Shown: piece after piece, positions 11,653-22,389 of the stretch
Layout: every line of letters starts with the position of its first letter
Position numbering within the stretch: the first letter of the stretch is position 1
Source of the DNA: Methanobacteriota archaeon
GTDB taxonomy: Archaea > Methanobacteriota > Methanobacteria > Methanobacteriales > Methanobacteriaceae
Direction of reading: 5' to 3'
Assembly (NCBI GenBank): GCA_963787255.1
Contig: CAWBCJ010000025.1
Coordinates: forward strand, 32,001-96,000
DNA length: 64,000 nt
Program-made: the position numbers and the translations under genes
The notes under the pieces: model-generated
Databases searched by the model: none
What the model saw: the letters and a program-made list of their open reading frames with translations, nothing else
Told to the model about the DNA's origin: nothing

Positions 11653-12687
11653 TTATTTTAGGATTTCAATTTTATCCATATAATCAGCTTTAGTTTGGTC
11701 TAAACTTCCTTTAATAACTCGTGTATTCGCTGTTGTTCCCATAAAGCCGGATTCAAACTTAAATCTAGGCACTAGATGCACATGCACATGTGATATACGC
11801 TGTCCAGCTACTTCACCTAGATTAATTCCAATATTTATACCATCAGGTTTTATAACTTCTTTTATAAGTTTAGTAGCACGTTGTACGGTGTTAAATAAAT
11901 TAGTAAGAGTTTCTGGATCTATATCTTCAAAAAGGGTGTAATGTTTCACTGGAACGACTAAAAGATGTCCCCGGGTAAAAGGATAAGCGTTTAGTATTAC
12001 CATGGTATCCCCATCATTGTATAAAACATTCTTTGAGATGTTTTCTTTGCCTTTTGCCATTTGGCAGAATATACATGGCATTTCAGGATTAATATAATCT
12101 TCTTTAAGAGATGGTGGAGTAAATATTACGTTATAACCGGGGATGTTGTTGTAAAGTTTTGAGATGCAAACTGCCATTTTTGCAACTTCAACTGCATTTG
12201 TACCAATTAAAGAAATTGAAGGCTCTTTTCCCCACGCTCCCATGTGGTATATAACATCTGGAACACCGTTAATCTTTTTAATTGCTGTTTCAACTCCCCA
12301 AGGTATAGTACCGCCTTCAACTTTTTGGATTAATTCTGGTTCGTCTTTTCGGTCATAAAAAGAGATTTTAAGGCCTAGTTTTTTGCAAATTTCTATTATT
12401 TGGTTGTTGTAAATGATATTCATGGCGCTTCTTTTGGTAGGGTCGTGTTTCATTATGCTTAGCACTAGACGGGCCATGTGTGATGATACGCCGTATTCAG
12501 GTTTCATAAAAGCTCGGGGTTTGCCGTGTATAGTTGTGATTCTTCCGGGAATCCCTGCTACATCTTTTACATCCCTGGCGTTTTCTTTTGCCATTACAAT
12601 GTTACTTCTTACTTCGGGAATAAATTCAGTAAATTCATCGCAGTTTTGTAGAATTTCAACGGCTTTTTCTAGATTCTCTATTTCCAT
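11653..12687 (-). CDS. Fusion of a ThiN-type thiamine-phosphate synthase domain and a HIT-family nucleotide hydrolase domain
   Basis: N-half: [36 protein letters not shown] (ThiN). C-half: [42 protein letters not shown] (HIT). One uninterrupted ORF. Confidence 0.88.
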   Translation of the reverse strand: MEIENLEKAVEILQNCDEFTEFIPEVRSNIVMAKENARDVKDVAGIPGRITTIHGKPRAFMKPEYGVSSHMARLVLSIMKHDPTKRSAMNIIYNNQIIEICKKLGLKISFYDRKDEPELIQKVEGGTIPWGVETAIKKINGVPDVIYHMGAWGKEPSISLIGTNAVEVAKMAVCISKLYNNIPGYNVIFTPPSLKEDYINPEMPCIFCQMAKGKENISKNVLYNDGDTMVILNAYPFTRGHLLVVPVKHYTLFEDIDPETLTNLFNTVQRATKLIKEVIKPDGINIGINLGEVAGQRISHVHVHLVPRFKFESGFMGTTANTRVIKGSLDQTKADYMDKIEILK

Positions 12688-13146
12688 GACTATAATATGT
12701 ATTTAACTAGATATAAAGGGTTAGGATTAAAAGGAGAACATGTACTATCCTTTAAATAGAATGTGTTTAAAACTCATTCTATGACATTTAAATATATTTT
12801 TTTTTTGATTTAATCAAACCGTTAACAAAGATATGATAACAATTTTTTTTTATGAAAGAGATGTTATCCAAATTAAAACAACCCCCTTTTTTTAGATATA
12901 AAAAGATGAAATTAATTTATAAAGATTTAAATAATAGCTAATTAAAATTTTATTAGATAATTGTTAGTGTTTAAACACAGGGGAGCCAAATAACACTGGA
13001 AGACTAAATAATAATACTGACAATATGAATTTAAATATATAATTAATTTATACGGGTTTATAATGCAGTTAAAAAGATGCTCAAATAAAATTAATTCCAC
13101 TTTCATTTAATATGATGAAGAAAAAAAAATGGAGGTATAAAAAAAA

Positions 13147-13743
13147 ATGGTAGATGAAGTTGCAACTATAACTATAGATGGAATGAAATTATCAAAACAT
13201 ACCCCTGCAAATCCTGCACCTTTGGGATTTATAGCAGTAGGAATGACAATTGTTTTATATGGTTTTTATGCTGCGGGCTTTTATGGGCTAAACAGTATGA
13301 TATTTACTTTAGGATTAGTTTATGGAGGTATAACCCTATTAATTGTAAGCGCAATGGAATATAAAAATGGTAACACCTTTGGAACCGTCGCCTTTGGATT
13401 ATATGGGATATACTGGATTTCTGATATATTGATGTTAATATTTGCACAAATAGGTTGGGGAATAGCTCCAGACGTAAATTCAATCACAATATTTTATCTC
13501 ATGTGGGGACTATTCACAGTAGGAATATTTATAGGAACACTCAAATTAAGCCGAATTATACAATTCTTTTTCCTAACCCTCGCCATACTATTCTTCCTAT
13601 TAACCGCCGCTACATACACTGGAAACCCTACACTAACATTAATAGCAGGTTATGAAGCAATATTATGCGGTGCAAGCGGCATATACATAGGCCTAGCAGA
13701 GATACTAAACGACTTATACGAAAGTAAAGTTTTACCAGTCTAG
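13147..13743 (+). CDS. satP: Acetate uptake channel, GPR1/FUN34/YaaH (SatP) family
   Basis: ANPAPLG signature, GNTFG, 6 TM segments; RBS GGAGGT upstream. Confidence 0.9.
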   Translation: MVDEVATITIDGMKLSKHTPANPAPLGFIAVGMTIVLYGFYAAGFYGLNSMIFTLGLVYGGITLLIVSAMEYKNGNTFGTVAFGLYGIYWISDILMLIFAQIGWGIAPDVNSITIFYLMWGLFTVGIFIGTLKLSRIIQFFFLTLAILFFLLTAATYTGNPTLTLIAGYEAILCGASGIYIGLAEILNDLYESKVLPV

Positions 13744-14043
13744 CTATAAAGAAAAGGAAAAATAATATTCTTATTTTCTTTTACCAATTTTTTTTTAGAA
13801 ACTAATTTTTATTTTTATCTTCGAATCTTCTTATCAACTAATATCAATTATATTTCTATAAATTTACGTCCCCTTGTATTTATCACATCTAGTTTTTTTA
13901 ACACTGTTAATCTACTAAGTGGTATTACTTTTAATGGGTTTAATGCAAGAGCATTTAAAAACTAATAATTAAGTATTTCTATTTATATTAGATAGTAAAT
14001 AATAAACTTAGATAAAATAAACATAAATTTTTATAGAAGGGAG

Positions 14044-17000
14044 GTGAATAAAATCAGAAAACGATTAATAATGCTAATTTCTTTCATATTTCTTTTAATT
14101 ATTTTCACTAATACTGTTTCTGCTGATCAATCAATTATCTATGTAAATGATTCAGGGGGAAACGATAGCTGGACTGGTGAAACAGCAATATGGGATGGAT
14201 CAACCCTACTTGGACCTAAAAAGTCTATTAAAAATGCCACAGGAACTGTAACTGATGGTGGGACAGTAAACATTGCAAACGGCCAATATACAGGAACAGA
14301 CAACACTAACATCACCATAGATAAAAATATGGCTATTATTGGGCAAAGCAGGGAAAATACCATAATAAATGGAACTAATAATACTGGAATATTCCTGATT
14401 CAAAATGGTGTAAATGTTTTAATCCAGAATTTAACACTTGCAAATGGAAATGCGGATTCCGGCGGTGCAATCCTAAATTCTGGAAATCTAACTGTTTTTG
14501 ACAGTAATTTCATAAATAACACTGCAACTGCTGGTGGTGCTATCCGAAGTATTGGGGGTACTTTGAATGTTAGTCAGTTGTAATTTAACAGATAACGTGG
14601 CATCAGATGGTGGTGCTATCAGTAGTTTAGGAAATTTAAACATTATTAATAGTATTTTCACCAAGAATGGTGCTAGTGAAATATTATATTACAATGATGC
14701 ATTAGGTGGTGCTATTTATTGTGCAGGAATCTAACCGTTCTTAACAGTACTTTCATAAATAACCGTGTTACCAATTGTGGTGGTGCAATTGTAAATGGTG
14801 GAAATTCCATCATTCTTAATAGTACTTTTATAAATACTTCAACTTTTAATAGTGGTGCTATTTGCAATTATGGTAGATTTAACTGTTGGAAATAGCACTT
14901 TCATTAATAACACTGCAGACAGTGGTGGTGCGATTTATAATGGGGGTATTTCAACTGATTTGGGCACTTTTAATAATGGGGGTACGTTAATAGTTGAGGC
15001 TTGTGATTTCATAAGTAGTACTTCAGGATTTAAAGGTGGTTATATTACCAATACAGGTACTTGTTTTATAACTAACAGTAATTTTAGTAATAGTACGGCA
15101 ACAAATGGTGGGGCTATTTGGAATTCTGGAGGTGATTTAACTATTACTGATGTTACTTTCACAAATAACACTGCTTGGGAGGGAGGAGGTGTTATTTTGA
15201 ATGATGGTATTTTGAGTGTCAATAACGTTATTTTCAATGGTAACACTGCACTTGGTGGTGGAGCAATTAGTAATGCTGGTAGTTGATTATTAGTGATAGT
15301 ATTTTCATTGATAACACTTCAGGAGCGGGTGCAATTTCCAGTAATTGCAGGGTGATTTAACTGTTTTTAACAGTAATTTCACAGGTAACACTGCAACTTC
15401 TGGTGGTGGCGCTATCTGCTAATAATGGAGGTACTTTGAATGTAATAATTGTAATTTCACAGATAACTCTGCAACCAATAAAGGGTGGTGCTATTTATAG
15501 TAGTAGTGATCCTCCAGATGTAGCCGTAAACATTATATTTGGCAGTACTTTCACTGGTAACACTGCAACTATGAATGGTGGTGCTATTTACAATGAGTGG
15601 TGAATATTGGGTATGGTACTGGTCAACTTGTCAGTGGAGATAGCTTATTAATTATGAATTTCTGTCAGATTGTAGGATAACAGTCCTGAAGATATATACA
15701 ATCACTAATAGAATTTCAGCAGATCTTAAATATAATTGGTGGGGTTCAAATAATGGTCCAGCATCTGGAAGAGTTACAGGTAGTGCAATTGTCACTCCTT
15801 GGCTTGTTTTAACTGTAACTGCAAATCCTAGCAGTATTGGTGTTAATGGGACATCAACTATAACAGCAGACTTAACACATGACCAGAATGGTGTTTATTA
15901 TGATCCTGCAGATGGTTATGTTCCCGATGGAATTCCAGTGAATTTTACCACAACTTTAGGAAATATAACTAATCCAGTATCTACAGTTAATGGGACCGCA
16001 CAATCAACTTTAAATGGCGGATCAGTGGATGGTGTTGCTAATGTTTCAGTTAAAGTTGACAGTCAAACTGTACAAAAATCAATTCCCGTACAAATAACTT
16101 TCACTATAACTCAAATAAAACAAGCAGCATCAACAGTAAGAAATCACATTGAAACTTATCACCAACTACCTAGTACCGTGGATATCAATGGAACTAATGT
16201 TACTATGTCCCAGTTCTTGGAATTGTTAACCAGTGCTTTACTGCAAATTAACAGTGGAAAAAATAATCCTATACTTTAAGAAATTTCACTGCCCCTACAA
16301 ATCCAAAGGACAATATTCGTGCAGGAAATATTCCTAAAGCAGAATACATGAAACTAGCAGGAGATATTAAAAACTACATGGACAGTAGCGGTAAAACACC
16401 AGACTACGCGTACGGAACAAGTCTGGGAACATGTCTAGGATTTGAAAACCTGGTTTACATGTACACTATGATCCTGGATTACTACAACACCAGCGGTAGG
16501 GTGGCTGATTGGGCAGGGATGGAGCCTTGGAGTGTTATAGTTTCTAAACCTTTTGTGGATCCCAATGCACCAAAATTTAGTGTGGAGCAGATTGAAGATG
16601 CAGCATCTACACTGAGGGCTTATGTTGAGTCTAGTCATAAGTTAATGAGTAAAGTCACAATTAATGGAACAGATGTAACAATGTCACAGTTCCTTGAATT
16701 ACTAACTACAGCATTACTTCAAATAAACAAGGGAAACAGTAATTTAATACCATTAAGAAACATTACAGCACCTACCAAACCATTAGAAAACATACATGCC
16801 GGCAATATTCCCCGAGCAGAATACATGAAACTAGCAAGTGAAATCAAAAACTACATGGACAGTAGCGGTAAAGCACCTGACTACGCTTACGGAACATGTC
16901 TGGGAAATTATATGTGTTTCCAAAACCTGGTTTACATGTACACTATGATCCTAGATTACCATAATTCAAGCGGGAAAATGGCTGACTGGGCAGGGATGGA

Positions 17001-18265
17001 ACCGTGGAGCGTTATAGTATCTAGACCTGTTTTGGATCCAAATGCACCTAAATTCAGTATAGATCAGATTAAAGCTGCTGCATCAATTGTAAGATTATCT
17101 ATAGAAACAAATGGTAAACTGCCGGATTATGTGGAAATAGGATCCAGTCAAGTTACAATGCCCCAATTCCTGGAATTATTAACCAGTGCTTTACTACAAA
17201 TTAACAGTGGAAAAGATAGTCCTATACCTTTAATGAATTTCACTGCCCCAACATGCCCAAAGGATAATATTCGTGCAGGAAATATCCTTAAAGCAGAGTA
17301 TTTAAAGATTGCAAGTGAAATCAAAAACTACATGGACAATACAGGTAAAACGCCAGACTACGCTTATGGGACAAGCTTGGGAACATGTCTTGGATTTGAG
17401 AACCTGGTTTATATGTACACTATGATTTTGGATTACTATAATAGTAGTGGTAAGGTGGCTGATTGGGCAGAAATGAAACCGTGGGGAGTGCGTGGTTACT
17501 GGATGTTGGCATCAAGTGCGCATAGCTTCAATCCATGGACTTTAAAAAATTCGGGAATTACAGATATATTCCTTCTAACTAGATCTGTAACTGGAAACGT
17601 ATACCTTAATGAATTACAATACGTAATAGATGTTTGTAAAGATCCAGGAATACGTGTTCACGCGTGGATTGTATGTTTTAAGGATAATAATGCATTTGTT
17701 AACCCTATTACGCCCGGATACAAAGAAAGTTTACTTAATCTAATTAGTAACATTGCAAATAATTATGCTGTAAATGGAATTCACTTAGATTATGTAAGAT
17801 ACTCTGGTGTTGGGAATAATGCGGCTTCAGCACAGCTGGGAGGTACTTCTGCAGCAGTTGCTACCATAACTGGTTTTGTACACAGTGTTTATGATTTAGT
17901 GAAGGGAATCAATACAAAAAATAGCAGTTTCAGCAGCAGTGATGCCTGAAGGAGCAAACAATCCAGGTCTTTATGGGCAGGATTACAGTCAACTTGCAGA
18001 CTATGTTGACTTCTTTTTACCTATGACCTATGAAGGAAACTACAATGCAAATAATGCATGGATAACAAGCGCTACACAGTATATAGTTGATCATGCCAAA
18101 GGTAAACCGGTATATGCTGGTTTAACAACCTATTGGTCTGACAGTAACACAAGAGCATTAACTCAATCTGAATTAAATGAAGATGCAAACTCAGCTAGAC
18201 TTGGTGGTGCATCAGGTTATGTATTATTCAGATTTGGCTATGGAAGTTCCGCAATACCATGTTAA
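14044..18265 (+). pseudogene. Large secreted adhesin-like protein (signal peptide, GGAI beta-helix repeats, Ig-like segment, three pseudomurein-binding units, C-terminal GH-like TIM barrel), broken by many frameshifts
   Basis: Fragments 14044-14583, 14852-15286, 15403-15603, 15938-16279, 16348-17949 and 17939-18265 are colinear. Motifs: F..N.A..GGAI repeats, NWWGSN, MSQFLELL/FENLVYMY repeats, HAWIVCF, GIHLDYVRY, YGQDY. May be intact in vivo. Confidence 0.8.
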
Positions 18266-21060
18266 ACATGGAAATTAGTCTGTAAATTACCAAAAAAGTT
18301 TTACTCTCCACTATATATATTTTTGGAGAGTCACTTCCTTCTTTCTTTTTTAGTGAATTAAAGTTTATTTCAATACACCCCTGGAGAAGTTAAATGTTAA
18401 TAGGGAGATTATCACATTTTTATTCTGTTTTTGAAGGTTTTAAATCCAAAAAGGAGCATTATTTTACGTTGTTTTTAAATATTTAAATCAAAAAATTTAT
18501 ATGCTTCAAACGACCATAATTCTATGTCAATAACTCCAAATCGGTGTAAATGACATCTGGAAAAACTGGGAGGCTATATTAATGAAGCGACTATTGTTGC
18601 TAGTAATGCTTCTACTTTTAGGTGGAGCATTGCTTAATGTAACAGATATATATGCCACCACAGAAAATTCACAGACTCCAGATAACACCATTAAACAAAC
18701 AATAGCTCTAAATAATACAACAGAACTTGAAAACAACTTGAATATTCAAAATTCGGCAGGAAATGCAGCGAATGAATCTGCAAACCCTGCAAGTGATTCA
18801 GTAACAAATAACCTACAAATTACAGAAAATACATCCAATTCAAGCGTTAACAATGGATTAAACAATTCTATCAGTAACATAACTAACGTTCAAAATTCTA
18901 CTGACGCCGCCGGAGATGATAACTATCAAAATGTTCGTGGCATTTGGCTAAAAGCTGAAGACGTGGGCATTTTAAATTTAGATGAAATTGAAAAAGCAGG
19001 AATTACAGATATATTCATTAAATCAAATTTAATAAACACTCCTACATATCAAAACGTGCTAACAGCACTTTTAAACAAACTCAAAGACACGGACATACGA
19101 ATTCACGCATGGATAACATGCTTCAAGGATTCCAACGGTAACTGGGTTGACCCCGCAAATACCACACAACGTGCATTTCTGCTTGATGAAATAAACAACA
19201 TAGTGAGGAATTATAATATAGATGGAATACATTTAGATTACGTCAGATACTCTGGCGTAGGAAATAATGCAGCATATAACCATCCAAATGCAACAGCTAC
19301 AATAACATCATTTGTAAAAGATGTTTATAACCTTGTAAAATCAATTAATGCAAAAACAGCAGTTTCTGCAGCTATAATGCCCGAAGGACCTGTTAATGGG
19401 TACTACTACGGACAGGATTACAGTCAACTAGCAGATTATCTTGATTTCCTTGTTCCAATGATTTACAAAGGAAATTATGGAAAAGATACAGCCTGGATCG
19501 GCACAACAACCAAATACATAGTAGAGCAATCAAAAGGAAAACCAGTTATAAGTGGACTTCAAACCTATCGATCTGATAATGATATGACCGAAGTACCTGC
19601 TGCTGAATTAAAAAACGATATACAATCCGCAATAGATAACGGAGCATCAGGCTATGCTTTGTTTAGATATGGATTAATCGATAATGACTTCTTCAATGTC
19701 CAAAACTTAGAACCAGCAAATTTCAGTATAAATCAAATTAAAGATGCAGCATCAAGAATTAGAACTTATATTGAAAACAATCACAAATTACCTAATTACG
19801 TAGAAATCGCATCAAACCAGGTTAGCATGTCACAATTCCTGGAATTATTAACCAGTGCTTTACTACAAATTAACAATGGAAACAGCAAATACAATAGCTT
19901 TAGAAATCTTCAGCGCACCTACAAATCCACAAGACAATATACATGCAGGAAATATTCCTAAAGCAGAATACTTAAAAATTGCAAGTGATGTGAAGAATTA
20001 CATGGACACTAGTGGTAAAACACCAGACTATGCTTATGGCACAAGTCTGGGAACATGTCTAGGATTTGAAAACCTCGTTTACATGTACAGTATGATCTTG
20101 GATTATCATAATGCGAGTGGTAAGATGGCAGATTTCGCAATGATGAAACCATGGTCTGTAATATCCAATGGAAATACAGATCCTAATACCAATACTTTCA
20201 GTATAAATCAAATTAAGGATGCAGCATCAAGAGTAAGAGATTATGTTGAAAACAATCACAAATTACCAAGCTACGTACAAATATCAACATATCAAATTAA
20301 CATGCCTCAATTCTTGGAAATGTTAACTACAGCATTATTACAGATTAAAAGTGGAAACACAAATGCAGTGACTTTGAAATCGTTCAGCGCGCCTATAAGT
20401 CCAAAGGACAATATTCGTGCAGGAAATATTCCTAAATCAGAATATTTAAAAATTGCAAGTGATGTCAAAAACTATATGGACACTAATGGAAAAACACCAG
20501 ACTACGCATACAAAACAAGCCTAGGAACATACCTAGGATTTGAAAACCTAGTCTACATGTACACCATGATCCTAGATTACCACCAAACCAGTGGAAAAAT
20601 GGCAGATTTCGCAATGATGAAACCATGGTCTACCATATATGATCCTAATGCAGTGAATTTCAGTATAAGTCAAATTAACGATGCAGCATCAAGAGTCAAA
20701 TCTTATGTAGACAACAATCAAGATCTGCCCAACTACGTACAAATATCAACATATCAAATCAAAATGTCACAATTCCTAGAACTATTAACCACAACATTAC
20801 TACAAATTAACAGCGGAAACACAAACACAATAGCTTTAGAAATCGTTCAGCGCACCAACAAACCCACAAGACAACATACATGCAGGAAACATTCCTAAAA
20901 CAGAATACCTAAAAATAGCAAACGACATCAAAAACTACATGGACACTACCGGTAAAACACCAGACTACGCATACCAAACAAGCCTAGGAACATGCCTCGG
21001 ATTCCAAAACCTAGTTTACATGTATTCAAAAATATTGATCTTTCAAAATACAAATGATGC
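16120..21060 (+). repeat. Six similar ~450-480 bp pseudomurein-binding repeat units shared by the first two cell-wall genes
   Basis: Recurrent DNA strings such as GCAGGAAATATTCCTAAAGCAGAATAC, GGTAAAACACCAGACTACGC and GGAACATGTCTAGGATTTGAAAACCT, with variants, near 16.3, 16.8, 17.3, 19.95, 20.4 and 20.9 kb. Confidence 0.8.
18496..18573 (+). promoter_or_regulatory. Promoter, structured 5' leader and RBS of the second cell-wall gene
   Basis: A-run then TTTATATG (18496), ATGTCA...TGACAT inverted repeat (18524-18556), GGGAGG (18568). Confidence 0.55.
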
Positions 21061-21568
21061 ACTACCTCTCTATGTTACACTAAGTCCTTGGAATGAAAAC
21101 CCAATACCTTCAGACATGCAACAGTACCTTCAACCGACAGCAAATTGCCAATCTAATGATTACCGCATTAAAGCACTTGAGTCCTCACTAACTAATGGTG
21201 TAAGTTCAACCTATGATAAAGGTGTGAAAATCTTTAACTGGGTAAGGGATAACTTAATCTATTCCTTTTACTACAATACCGAAAACGGGGCGGTAAACAC
21301 TTACCTAAATAAAGAAGGAAATTGTGTTGACCACTCACATTTGTTGATAGCACTAGCAAGAGCAGCGAAAATTCCAGCAAGATACATGCATGGAACTTGT
21401 ACCTTTACAAGTGGCAACGTGTACGGACACGTCTGGGCACAGCTTTATATAAACGGAAAATGGTATGACGCAGACGCAATAAGTTCTAGAAATACATTTG
21501 GCACAATAAACAATTGGGACGAGAATACAGTGATTATGAAGGGAATCTATTCTGAATTACCCTTCTAA
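18582..21568 (+). CDS. Secreted protein: GH-like TIM barrel, pseudomurein-binding repeats, transglutaminase-like peptidase; two frameshifts near 19885 and 20845
   Basis: ORFs 18582-19961, 19855-20898, 20939-21568. Signal peptide; GIHLDYVRY; PMBR units; GNCVD...YGHVWAQ...WYDADA catalytic triad. Confidence 0.85.
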
Positions 21569-21624
21569 TACCCTCTTTTTTTTAAAGTTCATCTAACTTT
21601 TTTTTTGATATTAATAAAAATTAT

Positions 21625-21752
21625 GCATATATGGTCACGTGAAGGCTCAAATAGGAACAGATGGTACATAGTTCTATGAACAGCTTTGGTGCTGCTATAA
21701 ATTGGGAATTTGGCTACAATTTGGGGGTATTTATAAGTTTTTACTGTTTTAA
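21625..21752 (+). pseudogene. Degenerate remnant of a transglutaminase-domain C-terminus
   Basis: Reads piecewise YGHV..AQ...NRWY...NSFGAAINW...GIY..LF*, colinear with the C-termini of the flanking genes (YGHVWAQ...KWY...NTFGTINNW...GIYSELPF*). Confidence 0.65.
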
Positions 21753-22300
21753 TTATCTTAAATTTTTTATTTTTTTAAATATTTTTTTTGGCAGTATTAC
21801 TTGAAATAAATTATTATTTTTGATTATTTTATTACTTAATTGGTTTTTTGCTTATTTTAATACAAATTATTACACGTTTATGACATAAATCGAGTTTTAT
21901 GGTTAAAATTAGCTTATTTTAGATAATAGACTTTAACTTATTGTCTAATTAATTTTAAAAAGTATTTAAGGAATATGAAATTAAAATAGGTGAATGTAGT
22001 CACAATAGAGCTAAATCATAAAGCAATTTTCTGTCTTAAATATTTTAAATAGCTAATAATTTTCATTATTTTAAATTTAAAGCCTAAACCATTTGAGAAA
22101 TCATTCTAATCTCTTAAATAAAAGGATAAATATTAAGAAATAGCATTATTTATTATAATTGAGTTTAAGATTATTTTAGATATAACGAAGAGTTGAGCGT
22201 GACCATCATCACCTATTCAAGTTATTGAAAAGCATTTAAAATGTTTTAAATCCTAAAAAAAGCTAAATAAGCTCTTTATTTTTGATTTTAGACCAAAAGA

Positions 22301-22383
22301 TTTATAAGCTATAGATCACTATCCCCAATTGTAATAACCTCAAATTGAGGTTATTTTTACACAATTTGGATTAAATAGGAGGC
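22301..22383 (+). promoter_or_regulatory. Promoter with a perfect 11-bp inverted repeat and RBS of the third cell-wall gene
   Basis: TTTATAAG at 22301; AATAACCTCAA-A-TTGAGGTTATT at 22333-22355; GGAGG at 22378. Confidence 0.65.
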
Positions 22384-22389
22384 GGTATA

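Noticed and set aside
16120-21060. Repeated DNA as a possible CRISPR array or DGR template/variable repeats
   Set aside because: The units are ~450-480 bp in-frame protein-domain repeats, with no short repeat-spacer periodicity, no cas or reverse transcriptase gene, and no evident adenine-specific variation.
21760-22290. Long AT-rich intergenic stretch as a replication origin
   Set aside because: No repeated ORB-like boxes recognised and no cdc6/orc1 nearby.
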